From contig CAXXVZ010000004.1 in NCBI GenBank assembly GCA_963678065.2, positions 256,001 through 320,000 of the forward strand: a stretch of DNA of 64,000 nucleotides, given 5' to 3'. Source of the DNA: Treponemataceae bacterium (GTDB lineage: Bacteria; Spirochaetota; Spirochaetia; Treponematales; Rectinemataceae). Under the pieces are notes generated by a model. The model had not been told where the DNA came from. It did no database searches and was given only the letters and a program-made list of their open reading frames with translations. Both the position numbers and the translations under genes were made by a program. This document shows positions 8,925 through 18,109 of this stretch, one piece after another. Each line of letters begins with the position of its first letter. The first letter of the stretch is position 1.

Positions 8925-11201
8925 TCAGCCTTCCTTCCGGTTCAGGAGCCCGATGAGTTCATCCATTTTCTCCGGCGAAAACCGCCCTCCCGACATCCGC
9001 ACGATGTTGCGCAGCGGCATTTCGTCGACCATCGCGCCGATCATCAGGGCTTCGACGGAATCAGGATCGGAGTGCCCGAACGAGGCGAAAAGGGCGCCGC
9101 GTATGTCGGCGGCGAATTGCGCGCCGACCGGATGGGCCGCCAGCTCCGCGACTGAGCTATTGAGGTCGAACTCCCTCGCCGACTCCTTCGATGAGGCGAT
9201 GGAGATCCTCTTCGTCAGGCGGATATCCCGACTCGAGGCGCCGGCCATGATGTCGATCTTTCCCGTCTCGACCCTCCACCCGCGCAGGTCGGAGTCCCAG
9301 AACGCGAAGGCCCGTCCGGAAAGCGTGAAAACGACGGTCTTCTCTTCGCCAGGCTGGAGGAAAACCTTCTCGAAGGCCTTCAATTCCTTCACCGGGCGGG
9401 CGATGGAGGATCCTGGGTGCCCGAGGTAGAGTTGCACGACTTCCTTGCCGGGAACGCTCCCCGTATTCCGCACCCGCAGGGATACCTTCAGCGTATCCGC
9501 GTCGGAGATCGAATCCCTGTCCGTTTCGAGGCCTGAGTATTCGAAGCTCGTGTACGAAAGGCCGAAACCGAAGGGGAAGAGCGGCTCGATGGCCAGGGCG
9601 TCGTAGTGGCGGTACCCCACGAAGATGCCTTCCCTGTAATGGACTCTTCGCCCCTGTCCCGGGAAATCGAGGTAGGAGGAATTGTCCTCGAGCCGGCGCG
9701 GAAACGTTTCCGCGAGCTTTCCGCTCGGGTTCACGTCGCCGCTCAGGATATCGGCCACCGCGCCGCCCCATGCCTGCCCTCCGAGGTAGCTCTCGAGCAC
9801 CGCCCTCGCATCGCCGAGCCAGGGCATCTCGACGGGAGAGCCGTTGCTGAGAACGACGACTATGTTCTTCTGCGCTTCCCTGACGGCCGCCAGGAGGGCG
9901 GTGTGGCTCTCCGGAAGGCGGATGTGCTGCCGGTCAAAGCCCTCGGACTCGTAGCGGTCGATGAGGCCGATGAACAGCACCGCGACATCCGCCTCCCCGG
10001 CGACCCGTTTCGCTTCCTCGATCAGAGCCGCGTCGGGCTCGGGCATGCGCGGGTCGTAGCCGGGCGCGTATGTGAGGATCGCGGCTCCTCCGAACTTCTT
10101 TCCGATTTCTTCCACCGCGTCGTCTACGCAAGTCGGCGCGATGTGCGAGCTTCCTCCGCCCTGATAGCGGGGACTGCGCGCGAAGGCCCCGATCAGCGCG
10201 ATCTTCCCGGAACCGGCGAGCGGCAGGATGCCGTCGTTTTTCAGGAGCACCATGCATTCGCCCGCGATGCGCCGCGCCTCGGCGTGGTGCAGGTCCGCGT
10301 CGAATCGCGCCGCAGGCGACAGGTTCTCCGCGGCCATGAAGGTGACATTCAAGAGGCGTTCCAGCGCGCTGTCGAGGATCGCTTCGTCGAGCGCGCCCGA
10401 CCTGACTGCCTCGATGATGGCCTTGTCGTTGATGCCGCCGTTGCCGGGCATCTCGAGTTCCTGGCCGGCTCTGAGTCCTTCGACGCGGTCGTCGCAGGCG
10501 CCCCAGTCCGTCACGACGATGCCCTCGTGTCCCCATTCTTCCTTGAGGACTTCCGTGAGGAGCCATCGGTTCTGCGAGCAGTAGGCGCCATTCAGCTTGT
10601 TGTAGGCGCACATGACGGTCCAGGGCTGGCTCTCTTTGACCGCGGTCTCGAAAGCGGGCAGATAGATCTCGCGCAACGTCCTCTCGTCCACGACGACGTC
10701 GGTCAGCATGCGCGATTTTTCCTGGTTGTTCGCCGCGAAATGCTTGATCGAGGCGCCGACACCCTGCGACTGGACTCCCTTGATGTGGTGCTTGGCCATT
10801 TCGCCCGCGAGGAAAGGATCCTCCGACAGGTACTCGAAATTCCTGCCACAGAGGGGGCTCCGCTTGATGTTGACGGCGGGGCCGAGCAGCACGGACACTT
10901 GCTCCGCCTTGGCTTCGGCGCCCGCGCTCCGCCCCATGCGCTCGATCAGTTCCCTGTCCCAGCTCGCGGCGAGACCCACGCCCGAGGGGAAACAGGTGGC
11001 CGGAACGCTGGCGTTGAGCCCCACGTGGTCGGCGGCTGCGCTCTGCTTGCGCAGGCCATGCGGGCCATCGGTCATCATGATCGACGGGATGCCCAGGCGC
11101 GCGATTTCTTTGGTTGTCCAGAAATCCTTGCCCGAGCAGAGCGAACTCTTTTCCTCGAGCGTCATGCGGGAGATGATTTCCCTGATCTTCGCTTTATCCA
11201 T
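8925..11201 (-). CDS. Glycoside hydrolase family 3 beta-glucosidase (cytoplasmic)
   Basis: TDGPHG, GRNFEYLSEDP, IKHFAAN, VTDWG nucleophile motif, ESEGFDR, PFGFGLSYT, C-terminal Fn3-like domain. Confidence 0.95.
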   Translation of the reverse strand: MDKAKIREIISRMTLEEKSSLCSGKDFWTTKEIARLGIPSIMMTDGPHGLRKQSAAADHVGLNASVPATCFPSGVGLAASWDRELIERMGRSAGAEAKAEQVSVLLGPAVNIKRSPLCGRNFEYLSEDPFLAGEMAKHHIKGVQSQGVGASIKHFAANNQEKSRMLTDVVVDERTLREIYLPAFETAVKESQPWTVMCAYNKLNGAYCSQNRWLLTEVLKEEWGHEGIVVTDWGACDDRVEGLRAGQELEMPGNGGINDKAIIEAVRSGALDEAILDSALERLLNVTFMAAENLSPAARFDADLHHAEARRIAGECMVLLKNDGILPLAGSGKIALIGAFARSPRYQGGGSSHIAPTCVDDAVEEIGKKFGGAAILTYAPGYDPRMPEPDAALIEEAKRVAGEADVAVLFIGLIDRYESEGFDRQHIRLPESHTALLAAVREAQKNIVVVLSNGSPVEMPWLGDARAVLESYLGGQAWGGAVADILSGDVNPSGKLAETFPRRLEDNSSYLDFPGQGRRVHYREGIFVGYRHYDALAIEPLFPFGFGLSYTSFEYSGLETDRDSISDADTLKVSLRVRNTGSVPGKEVVQLYLGHPGSSIARPVKELKAFEKVFLQPGEEKTVVFTLSGRAFAFWDSDLRGWRVETGKIDIMAGASSRDIRLTKRISIASSKESAREFDLNSSVAELAAHPVGAQFAADIRGALFASFGHSDPDSVEALMIGAMVDEMPLRNIVRMSGGRFSPEKMDELIGLLNRKEG

Positions 11202-11254
11202 GCTGCCTCTCCTCGTCTACTGTACAAAAATCATTCGATCGAATCCGTTCCGGC

Positions 11255-12094
11255 TCAGGTTCGCCGTGCGGGGAATGTCCGACAGAGGAATTCGTCGATC
11301 CATCCGTCCAGGAATTCCCAGGTATGGCCACCCTCCGCTTCGTGCCATTCCAGTGCAAAGGGATCGCCGGGAAGAAAGGCGAAGTAGTCGCGCGTCCGGC
11401 GCGCGTTCTCCAGGAAGGGATCGTCGCGACCGCAGGCCATGAAGACGGCGGGCGCACGGGCTTCCGAAGAGAGGGCCCGGTCGGCGAGGTGGAAGATGTC
11501 GTTGGGCGATCCCATCAGCCGTGGAAGGTCGTAAATCGTCGCCGCTCCTCCGATGCCGAATGAGAGAAGAGGGACGCGTTCTTGAGCCGCCGGCATAGCC
11601 GAAAGGACTGCAGGGGACGGAGAAGGGCCTGCCGGGAAGTTGCCGCCCGAGAGGCAGGCGACGGCGCGATAGTTTTCGGGGAAGCTCAGCGCGATCTTGA
11701 GGGCGCCGTATCCTCCCATCCAGCCGCCCGCGATGACATTGTCTTCTCTCCGGGCGGAGAGGGGAAAGAAATCCCTGCAGATCGCGGGAAGTTCCCGCGA
11801 AACGAAATCGAAATACCGGAAGCCGTACTCCATGTTCGCGTAGAAGCTCGTCTCCGCGGCCGGCATGACGACGGCGACGCCCAGCTTTTCCGCGTATCGC
11901 TCGATGGAAGTGTTCCTCTGCCATGCGGTATGGTCCCCGCCTTCGCCGTGCAGGAGCCAGAGCACCGGCAGCGCAAGGGCCCCGGAATCCCTCGATCCGG
12001 CCAGGGCGCGGGCCGCCTCGAGGGGAAGCACCACGTCCATGCTCACGTTCAGAAGGAGAGTCTCGGAAAAAAAATTCGCGTGCAACAGCGCCAT
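11255..12094 (-). CDS. Alpha/beta-hydrolase esterase-family protein with nucleophile Ser replaced by Trp
   Basis: Paralogue of the neighbouring esterase (VLWLLHG, TSIERYA, CGRDDPF, GGHTWEF), but the elbow reads GGWMGG. Confidence 0.85.
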   Translation of the reverse strand: MALLHANFFSETLLLNVSMDVVLPLEAARALAGSRDSGALALPVLWLLHGEGGDHTAWQRNTSIERYAEKLGVAVVMPAAETSFYANMEYGFRYFDFVSRELPAICRDFFPLSARREDNVIAGGWMGGYGALKIALSFPENYRAVACLSGGNFPAGPSPSPAVLSAMPAAQERVPLLSFGIGGAATIYDLPRLMGSPNDIFHLADRALSSEARAPAVFMACGRDDPFLENARRTRDYFAFLPGDPFALEWHEAEGGHTWEFLDGWIDEFLCRTFPARRT

Positions 12095-12100
12095 GATTGC

Positions 12101-12904
12101 CTATCCTTGTCGTTCGAGAGGGATGGTCGCCAGAAACTTCCTGATCCATTCGTCCCAGAACTCCCAGCTGTGGCTCCCGGGAGGGGCGTGGAACTCGTAG
12201 CGGAAAGGATTCCCGGGGAAGGATTCCATGAAAGCCTTCAGTTCCAGAGCATTCCCGTAGGCGAAATCTTCGCTGCCGCAGGCGTGGAAAAATCGCGGGA
12301 GTCGCGACCCGCTCAGGACCGCGGCTTTTGCGAGGTGGTAGAGATCGTGCTCCGTCCCCGCGAGCGCAAGGGAATTCTCCACCCCGAACACAGTCATGTT
12401 GCGCTTCGCGATATCGAAGAACGCCGGAATGTTCCGGTTGAATATCGAGTTTCCCGCCGAGAATCCGCCTGCGGCCGCATACCGTCCGGGATGGCTGAGG
12501 GCTATTTTGAAGGCGCCGTAGCAGCCCATCGAAAGGCCCGCGATGAAATTGCGCGCAGGCTCGGCGGACATTTTCGGAAAGAGCGATCTGCATATCTCCG
12601 GCAATTCTTCGGCGATATAGGTAAAGTAGTCCTTGCCGTAGACCATGTCGGTGTAGGAACTGAGGGCGGCGGCCGGCATCACGACGGCCAGTCCGAGGGG
12701 GGCGACGTAGCGCTCGATCGCCGTCCGGCGCCGCCAGATCGTGTGGTCGTCAGTCGCGCCGTGCAGAAGCCACAACACGGGGTGCTCGGTGTCCCCCTTT
12801 GCACCGCTGACGCCCACGCCGCTCGCCCGCTGGGGGAGTATGACGTCGAAGGATACGTCCCCGCCCAGAGCGCGGGAGACGCAATGTACCTGGAATAATG
12901 CCAT
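12101..12904 (-). CDS. Alpha/beta-hydrolase esterase (acetyl esterase/tributyrin esterase-like)
   Basis: GLSMG nucleophile elbow, CGSEDF acid residue, GSHSWEFWD catalytic His. Confidence 0.9.
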   Translation of the reverse strand: MALFQVHCVSRALGGDVSFDVILPQRASGVGVSGAKGDTEHPVLWLLHGATDDHTIWRRRTAIERYVAPLGLAVVMPAAALSSYTDMVYGKDYFTYIAEELPEICRSLFPKMSAEPARNFIAGLSMGCYGAFKIALSHPGRYAAAGGFSAGNSIFNRNIPAFFDIAKRNMTVFGVENSLALAGTEHDLYHLAKAAVLSGSRLPRFFHACGSEDFAYGNALELKAFMESFPGNPFRYEFHAPPGSHSWEFWDEWIRKFLATIPLERQG

Positions 12905-12929
12905 GTGTCGCTTTCCTCCGTCAGTCGGC

Positions 12930-13820
12930 TCAGCCTTTGATGGAGCCGATCATCACGCCTTTCACGAAGTATTTCTGGACGAAGGGGTAGACACAGAGTA
13001 TCGGCACCGTCGATACCACGATCGTCGCATATTTTATCAGCGGTTTGTAGATGTCGAGATTGTCGGACACCATCTGCCCGGCCGAACTCATCCCGCTCGT
13101 CTGATTCTCGAGGAGTATCTCCCGCAAGAGGAGCTGCAGGGGATACATGCTCCGGTCCTTGATGAATATCGACGCGGAGAACCATCCGTTCCATTGCCCG
13201 ACTGCGTAGAAGAGGACGAGCACGGCGAAGGTCGCTTTCACGACGGGCAAGAGGATGCGGAACATGATCGTGAGGTCGCCGGCTCCGTCGAGCCGGGCCG
13301 ATTCCTCGAGGCTGTCGGGCACCGCGAGGAAGGCAGTGCGCATGATGATGATGTTCATGACCGAGAGGGCTGAGGGGATCAGGAGCGCCCACCGCGTGTA
13401 GATGAGGTGGAGGTTCCTCACAAGAAGGAAGAAAGGAATGAGTCCGCCGTTGAAGAGCATGGTGAAGGTCATGAAAAACATCAAAGCGCGGCGGTATTTC
13501 AGGCGCTTCCGGGACACGACGTAGCCCGCCGTCAGCGTCAGCACCGCGCTGATCGTCGTACCGGCGACGACGTAAAAGATCGTGTTGAGGTAGCCGGTGA
13601 CGATATTCGGATTCCGGAAGATCAGCCTGTAGCCGTTGAAACTCACTTCTCCCCGCGGCCAGAGCATGATCCCCGACATCGAATTGACGATTCCCGGTTC
13701 GCTTATGGACATGAAGAACACATGCAAAAGGGGCGCGATGCAAAAGAAGGCAATCGCCGAAAGGATCAATGTGTTCGTCCCGTCAAAAACCCATTTTCCG
13801 AAGCTTTTTCTTCCCACCAT
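12930..13820 (-). CDS. Carbohydrate ABC transporter permease (CUT1)
   Basis: EAA loop SLEESARLDGAG; FNGGLIP; YPFVQKYFVKGVMIGSIKG C-terminus. Confidence 0.95.
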   Translation of the reverse strand: MVGRKSFGKWVFDGTNTLILSAIAFFCIAPLLHVFFMSISEPGIVNSMSGIMLWPRGEVSFNGYRLIFRNPNIVTGYLNTIFYVVAGTTISAVLTLTAGYVVSRKRLKYRRALMFFMTFTMLFNGGLIPFFLLVRNLHLIYTRWALLIPSALSVMNIIIMRTAFLAVPDSLEESARLDGAGDLTIMFRILLPVVKATFAVLVLFYAVGQWNGWFSASIFIKDRSMYPLQLLLREILLENQTSGMSSAGQMVSDNLDIYKPLIKYATIVVSTVPILCVYPFVQKYFVKGVMIGSIKG

Positions 13821-13830
13821 CTCGCGTTCC

Positions 13831-14742
13831 TCAGAAAAGACTTGTTTCCGTGTATTTCCTGCTAAGGAAATTCGTGAACAGGAGCATCGCGGAGTTGATC
13901 ACGGAATTGAAAATTCCGACCGCGGTGCTGAAGCTGAAGTTCATGTCGAGAAGTCCCTTCCTGTACGTGAATGTCGAGATGATGTCCGAGGTCTCGTAGG
14001 TCGCGGGGTTGTACAGCAGCAGCACTTTTTCGAAACCGACGTTGAACATCATGCCCATCCTGAGGATGAGCAGGATCACGATCGTGGGCGCGAGGCAGGG
14101 AAGCGTGATGCTCCATGTCTGCCGCCACCGGCCCGCTCCGTCGATCTTCGCGGCTTCGTACAGTTCGGGATCTATCGAAGACAGGGCCGCGAGATAGATG
14201 ATGCTGTTGTAGCCCATGCCCTGCCACATGTTGGACCCGACATAGATGGGGCGGAACCATTCGGGATTGCCGAGGAGGTTACCCCTGGGACCACCGAAGA
14301 GGCGGACGAGCTGGGACAATACTCCGGTGCTCGCGCTGAATTCCGACACTATCCCGCAGATGACCACGAGCGAGACGAAGTAGGGCATGTAGCTGATGGT
14401 CTGTATCGTGCGTTTGAAGGCCTTGTTGATCACTTCGTTGAGCATGAGCGCGAAAATGATCGGGAGGGGAAAATTGAAGAAGAGATCGAAGAAGCTCAGG
14501 AGGAAGGTATTGCGGAAGAGACGCCAGAAATAGTAGCTGCCGAAGAAATCCGTGAAATTCTTCAGTCCGACCCAGGGGCTCTTGATGACTCCGAGACCAG
14601 GCTCGTAATGCTGGAAGGCCATGACGACTCCTGTCATCGGGATGTAGCTGAATATGATGAAATAGGCGAGTATCGGCAGAGCCATGAGGTAAACCGCCGT
14701 ATTCCTGCGGATGTCCAAAGCGAGGCTTCTGAAGAATTTCAC
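13831..14742 (-). CDS. Carbohydrate ABC transporter permease (LplB-like)
   Basis: IDPELYEAAKIDGAGRW EAA motif; GTG start at 14742 with GGAG RBS. Confidence 0.93.
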   Translation of the reverse strand: MKFFRSLALDIRRNTAVYLMALPILAYFIIFSYIPMTGVVMAFQHYEPGLGVIKSPWVGLKNFTDFFGSYYFWRLFRNTFLLSFFDLFFNFPLPIIFALMLNEVINKAFKRTIQTISYMPYFVSLVVICGIVSEFSASTGVLSQLVRLFGGPRGNLLGNPEWFRPIYVGSNMWQGMGYNSIIYLAALSSIDPELYEAAKIDGAGRWRQTWSITLPCLAPTIVILLILRMGMMFNVGFEKVLLLYNPATYETSDIISTFTYRKGLLDMNFSFSTAVGIFNSVINSAMLLFTNFLSRKYTETSLF

Positions 14743-14770
14743 ATCGTCTCCCGTATGAAGATTCATCGGA

Positions 14771-14801
14771 CCGGCCGATCCCCGTCGGAAGGATCGGCCG
14801 G
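14771..14801. other. Intergenic stem-loop between the SBP and permease genes (likely mRNA stabiliser or partial terminator)
   Basis: 11-bp perfect stem CCGGCCGATCC / GGATCGGCCGG. Confidence 0.55.
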
Positions 14802-14868
14802 CGCTGTCCGGAATCGCCCCATGCTGCGGCGCCAAACAGGGACGTCGCGGCCATGATGGGCGCATCCT

Positions 14869-16443
14869 TCACTTGCGGGCGTTGTACCGGTCGAGGGCGG
14901 CCTGCTGGATCTGCAGGGCGCGGTCGATCTTCATGCCGGAAATCTGTTTCACGAAATTGCCGAAGTTGGAGAGCGGCTCTCTGCCGATGATGAACTTCAC
15001 CGTCATCTCCGTCACGTAGGTCGTGATGTCGGGCATGATGTTGCTGTTCTCGGTGGCTTCGGTCTGCGTCAGCGTGATGGGAGGCATCACGTAGCTGATG
15101 TCGTCTTTGCTCCACACCTGCAGAGCCTTGAGCATCGCACTCTGGCCGGAGGCTTCGTAGACCTGCCACATGCGCTTGAAATCCACGACTCCGGGACCGT
15201 CCCAGCGCACGGACTTGGCGAGCGCCTGCTGGGCCGTGAGTCCGCTTGCAGGCTTGGTCACTTTCTCGGTGAACACCGGGATTCCGTTCTTGAGCGTGTA
15301 TGTGTCGCCTTCGGCGCCGTAATTGATGGTGTTGGACCCCTCGGTGGAGTACATCTGGTCGAGGTAGCGCACGGCCGCGACAGGATCCTTGCAGGCCTTC
15401 GTGACAGCCACCGCCTCGCGGACTTCGTACGAGGGGTAGTTGAAATGGATCTGCTGCCCGAGCGTCTTTTTCGGAGCCTGCACTGCCTGGAGATAGAACT
15501 CGGGATTGTTCTTCACATCGCCGCGGAGGACATAGGCGTTGGCTGTCCTTCCCCATATGGTCGGGAAGAGGCCGGCCTTGCCCGTCGCCACGAGGTTGGT
15601 GGGCGCGAGGATCTGGAAACCCGCATCGGTTCGTCCCATGAAATCCGGATCGAGCAGACCTTCCTTGTACCACTGGTTCATGAGCGTCAGGTAGTCCCGG
15701 TATGAGGGCTGCATCGGACCATAGTTCACCTTGCCCTTGACCTGGTAGAAATCGCCGCCGATATCGAAGGCCGAGATGATGTGGTTGTAGAGCGGGACGC
15801 CGGTGTTGTAGACCAGAAGCGGAGCCTCCGCTTTTTTCTTGTCCCGGAAGGTCTTGAGGACAGTATGCCAGTCGTCGAGCGTCACGGGCGCCTTGAGTCC
15901 CAGCTCGTCGAGCCAGTCCTTCCGGATGGCGTAGCCTGTCCAGGCGGGTTCGGCGCCGTCGGTGACATGGTACATTCCCCAGCGCTTGCCTGAGTCGGTG
16001 ACCGTCAGCTTGGCGATGTCGTCGTTCTTGGCAAGCCACTTCTTGTAGTTCGGGGCGTACTGGTCGATCAGCTTGGTCAGATCGAGATAGACCCCATCGG
16101 CGATCGCCTTGTCCGGTCCGCCCGGATAATACAGATTGCCTTCGCGCTCCTGGATCATGTCGGGCAGATCGCCGGAGGCCAGCATCAGATTGAAGTTCTG
16201 TATTTCCTGACCGACCGTCGGATGGATGAAATTGATGTGCACGCCGGTCTTCTTCTCGAATTCTTTCATGCTGGCGGTGTCGTTCCAGCTCTTCAGGATA
16301 TCCACGTGGGCGGGATTGAGTCCTACCCAATACGAAAATGTCGCCGGGGCGAGTTTCTGTACGGTAGCCGCCTGGGAATATCCCGCGACGGCCGCGACGA
16401 GGGCGAATGCCGCGATACAGAGAATGAGTTTCCGATTCTTCAC
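14869..16443 (-). CDS. Extracellular solute-binding protein of an oligosaccharide ABC transporter
   Basis: Signal peptide; NLMLASGDLPD, IRKDWLDELGLKAPVTLDDW, WYKEGLLDPDF. AAGGAGG RBS before GTG at 16443. Confidence 0.93.
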   Translation of the reverse strand: MKNRKLILCIAAFALVAAVAGYSQAATVQKLAPATFSYWVGLNPAHVDILKSWNDTASMKEFEKKTGVHINFIHPTVGQEIQNFNLMLASGDLPDMIQEREGNLYYPGGPDKAIADGVYLDLTKLIDQYAPNYKKWLAKNDDIAKLTVTDSGKRWGMYHVTDGAEPAWTGYAIRKDWLDELGLKAPVTLDDWHTVLKTFRDKKKAEAPLLVYNTGVPLYNHIISAFDIGGDFYQVKGKVNYGPMQPSYRDYLTLMNQWYKEGLLDPDFMGRTDAGFQILAPTNLVATGKAGLFPTIWGRTANAYVLRGDVKNNPEFYLQAVQAPKKTLGQQIHFNYPSYEVREAVAVTKACKDPVAAVRYLDQMYSTEGSNTINYGAEGDTYTLKNGIPVFTEKVTKPASGLTAQQALAKSVRWDGPGVVDFKRMWQVYEASGQSAMLKALQVWSKDDISYVMPPITLTQTEATENSNIMPDITTYVTEMTVKFIIGREPLSNFGNFVKQISGMKIDRALQIQQAALDRYNARK

Positions 16444-16641
16444 GTCCGAATCCTCCTTGGTGCCGTCCTTGGACGGTCCTTCGCGATTGTAGGGGCGCTT
16501 TTCCGAATCCCGGAAGAGACACATTTTTCGCTGCGACAGAATTTGATACTTTCGTGAATTCCCGCCGGAAACGGGCGATTTCGCCGAAACCGGCTTTTCG
16601 GGGCATTGACTCCGGGCGAAAAGCGAATTATAGGCAGCTGC

Positions 16642-18042
16642 ATGAACCAGAATCTTTTTGCCGCCGTCCGGAATGCGTTCCCTGAAAATCTCGACTCGGT
16701 CGCTATCGAAACGGCCGACGGTCCCGATGCCCCGAGGACATGGTCATGGGCCGACATCGACCGGGAAACCGCCCGGATCGCCAACCTGATCGACTCGCTC
16801 CGGATTCCCGCGTCGAGTCGCATCGCCGTGCAGACGGAAAAATGCGTCGAGGCACTCATCCTGTATCTGGGTATCCTGAGGGCGGGCCACGTCCACCTCC
16901 CCCTCAACACCGCATACCGTGCCGCGGAGATGGAGTATTTCCTTTCCGACGCGGAGCCGGCCGTCGTCGTCTGTTCAGGCGTCAATCTGGGATGGATCGC
17001 CCCCCTCGCGGCGAAGGCCGGCTGCCGGCACATATTCACGCTGAACGAGGACGGTTCGGGGAGCCTGGCCGAGTGCGCGGCGGCCTTCGGCGTCTTGCAG
17101 GAACCGGCAGCGCGGAAGGCTGAGGATCTCGCGGCCATCCTCTATACGAGCGGAACCACCGGCCGGAGCAAGGGGGCGATGCTGAGCCACGGAAACCTGC
17201 TCTCGAACGCCCTGGTCCTCAAGGAATACTGGGGATGGCGAAAGGACGACGTCCTCATCCACGCTCTGCCGATTTTCCACGTGCACGGGCTCTTCGTCGC
17301 CTCGCACGGCGCTCTATTCTGCGGCGCGAGGATGATCTGGTTCGGAAAGTTTTCCGCGCCCGCCGTCCTGTCCCGCCTGCCGGAGGCGACCGTTTTCATG
17401 GGCGTGCCGACGCTCTACGTGCGTCTCCTGTCCGAGCCTTCTCTGACCCGCGAGGCCTGCAGGAAGGTCAGGCTCTTCATCAGCGGTTCGGCTCCCCTCG
17501 CCATCGACACCTTCGAGGAGTGGAAGTCGCGCACGGGCCACACCATACTGGAGCGATATGGAATGAGCGAGACACTCATGCTCACCTCGAATCCCTACCG
17601 GGAGGAAGACGGAGAGCGGAGGGGCGGCACGGTCGGATTCCCCCTCCCGGGGACAGGGCTCCGCATCGTCGGGGAGGGAGAAATCGGGGGAATCGAAGTG
17701 CGCGGTCCGAACGTGTTCTCCGGATATTGGCGGATGCCGGAGAAAACCAGAGAGGAGTTCACGGCCGATGGCTGGTTCAAGACAGGCGTCGCCGCCGCAG
17801 TGGTGCCGCGGCAGGGATCGGTCCTCGATCCCGACCGGATACGCGATTTTCTCAGGACGGAAATTGCGGGATTCAAGGTTCCGAAGAGAGTGTTCGTGAT
17901 TCCGGAGCTGCCGAGGAATACGATGGGGAAGGTGCAGAAGAATCTGCTGCGCGAGCGCTACCGGACAGTATTCTCCGCTTTCTCCGGGACGGAGACGCAC
18001 GAAGGACAGGTTCGACCGGAACCAGGCCAGTCAGGTCTGTAA
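16642..18042 (+). pseudogene. matB: Malonyl-CoA synthetase (MatB)-like acyl-CoA ligase with internal in-frame deletion
   Basis: YTSGTTGRSKG, LPIFHVHGLF, ERYGMSET and PRNTMGKVQK are present. GWFKTG runs straight into VAAAVVP, losing the TGD Asp and the GRxKD hinge. Confidence 0.7.
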
Positions 18043-18109
18043 CGAGGGTGGAGCTGATCAGAGAGGGAGTGATCGGCGGAGTCGGCCTCCCGCCTCGCCC
18101 CTCGCTGGA

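Noticed and set aside
8843..8925. Loosely periodic G-rich intergenic sequence that might be a mini-array
   Set aside because: The units are too degenerate, with no constant repeat-spacer structure and no cas genes; not CRISPR.
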